From: Candidatus Saccharimonadota bacterium
GTDB taxonomy: Bacteria; Patescibacteriota; Gracilibacteria; UBA4473
Direction of reading: 5' to 3'
NCBI GenBank assembly: GCA_965228485.1
Contig: OZ245819.1
Location: 1,200,001-1,232,000 of the forward strand
DNA length: 32,000 nucleotides
Position 1 is the first letter of the stretch; each line of letters begins with the position of its first letter. The translations under genes and the position numbers were made by a program. Below the pieces are notes generated by a model that saw only the letters and a list, made by a program, of their open reading frames with translations, was not told the origin of the DNA and searched no databases. Of the stretch, positions 31,978 through 32,000 are shown piece by piece.

Positions 31978-32000
31978 TTTTGGACTTTTTAACAAATTTG

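Noticed and set aside
1-32000. Alternative genetic code (UGA recoding, as in some CPR lineages)
   Set aside because: Long conserved genes are intact under the standard code. TGA is used as a stop with proper gene boundaries (for example 8161..8163, overlapping the rsmG start).
1-32000. CRISPR arrays, rRNA genes, IS elements, transposases, integrases and DGR template/variable repeats
   Set aside because: No regularly spaced repeats, no rRNA-like conserved stretches, and no transposase, integrase or reverse-transcriptase-like ORFs were found on either strand.

Overview
AT-rich, gene-dense bacterial window read with the standard code (TGA acts as a stop, for example the TGATG junction at 8161..8165). 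I call 34 protein genes, including one left-edge fragment and one 53-codon ORF missing from the ORF track, plus 2 tRNAs. Most of it is housekeeping: rpoB, rsmG, serS, cca, pyk, holA, tsaE, pilD, ilvBN, an HIT protein and an LMW phosphatase. The T4SS-pilin-like gene, PilD, a degenerate DHH protein and many small orphan ORFs are reminiscent of CPR/Patescibacteria-like reduced genomes, but that is inference only. Two ribonucleotide reductase systems are present. One is class III nrdD-nrdG. The other is a class I pair in which the ATP-cone sits on NrdB rather than NrdA. Both lie behind promoters with matching NrdR-box architecture. Main second-look items: (1) the class III RNR glycyl-radical motif is not in the 709-aa NrdD ORF but in a separate 53-codon ORF wedged between nrdD and nrdG. 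(2) Both tRNA genes (Gly-GCC, Arg-CCU) are followed by a homologous three-hairpin module of about 90 nt. Each module ends in a copy of that tRNA's own T-arm/3' end: a perfect 21-bp duplication for Arg and 9/10 nt for Gly. (3) rpoB stands alone, with no rplJL upstream and no rpoC downstream, and abuts tRNA-Gly. No CRISPR array, rRNA, transposase, integrase or recognisable defence operon was seen.
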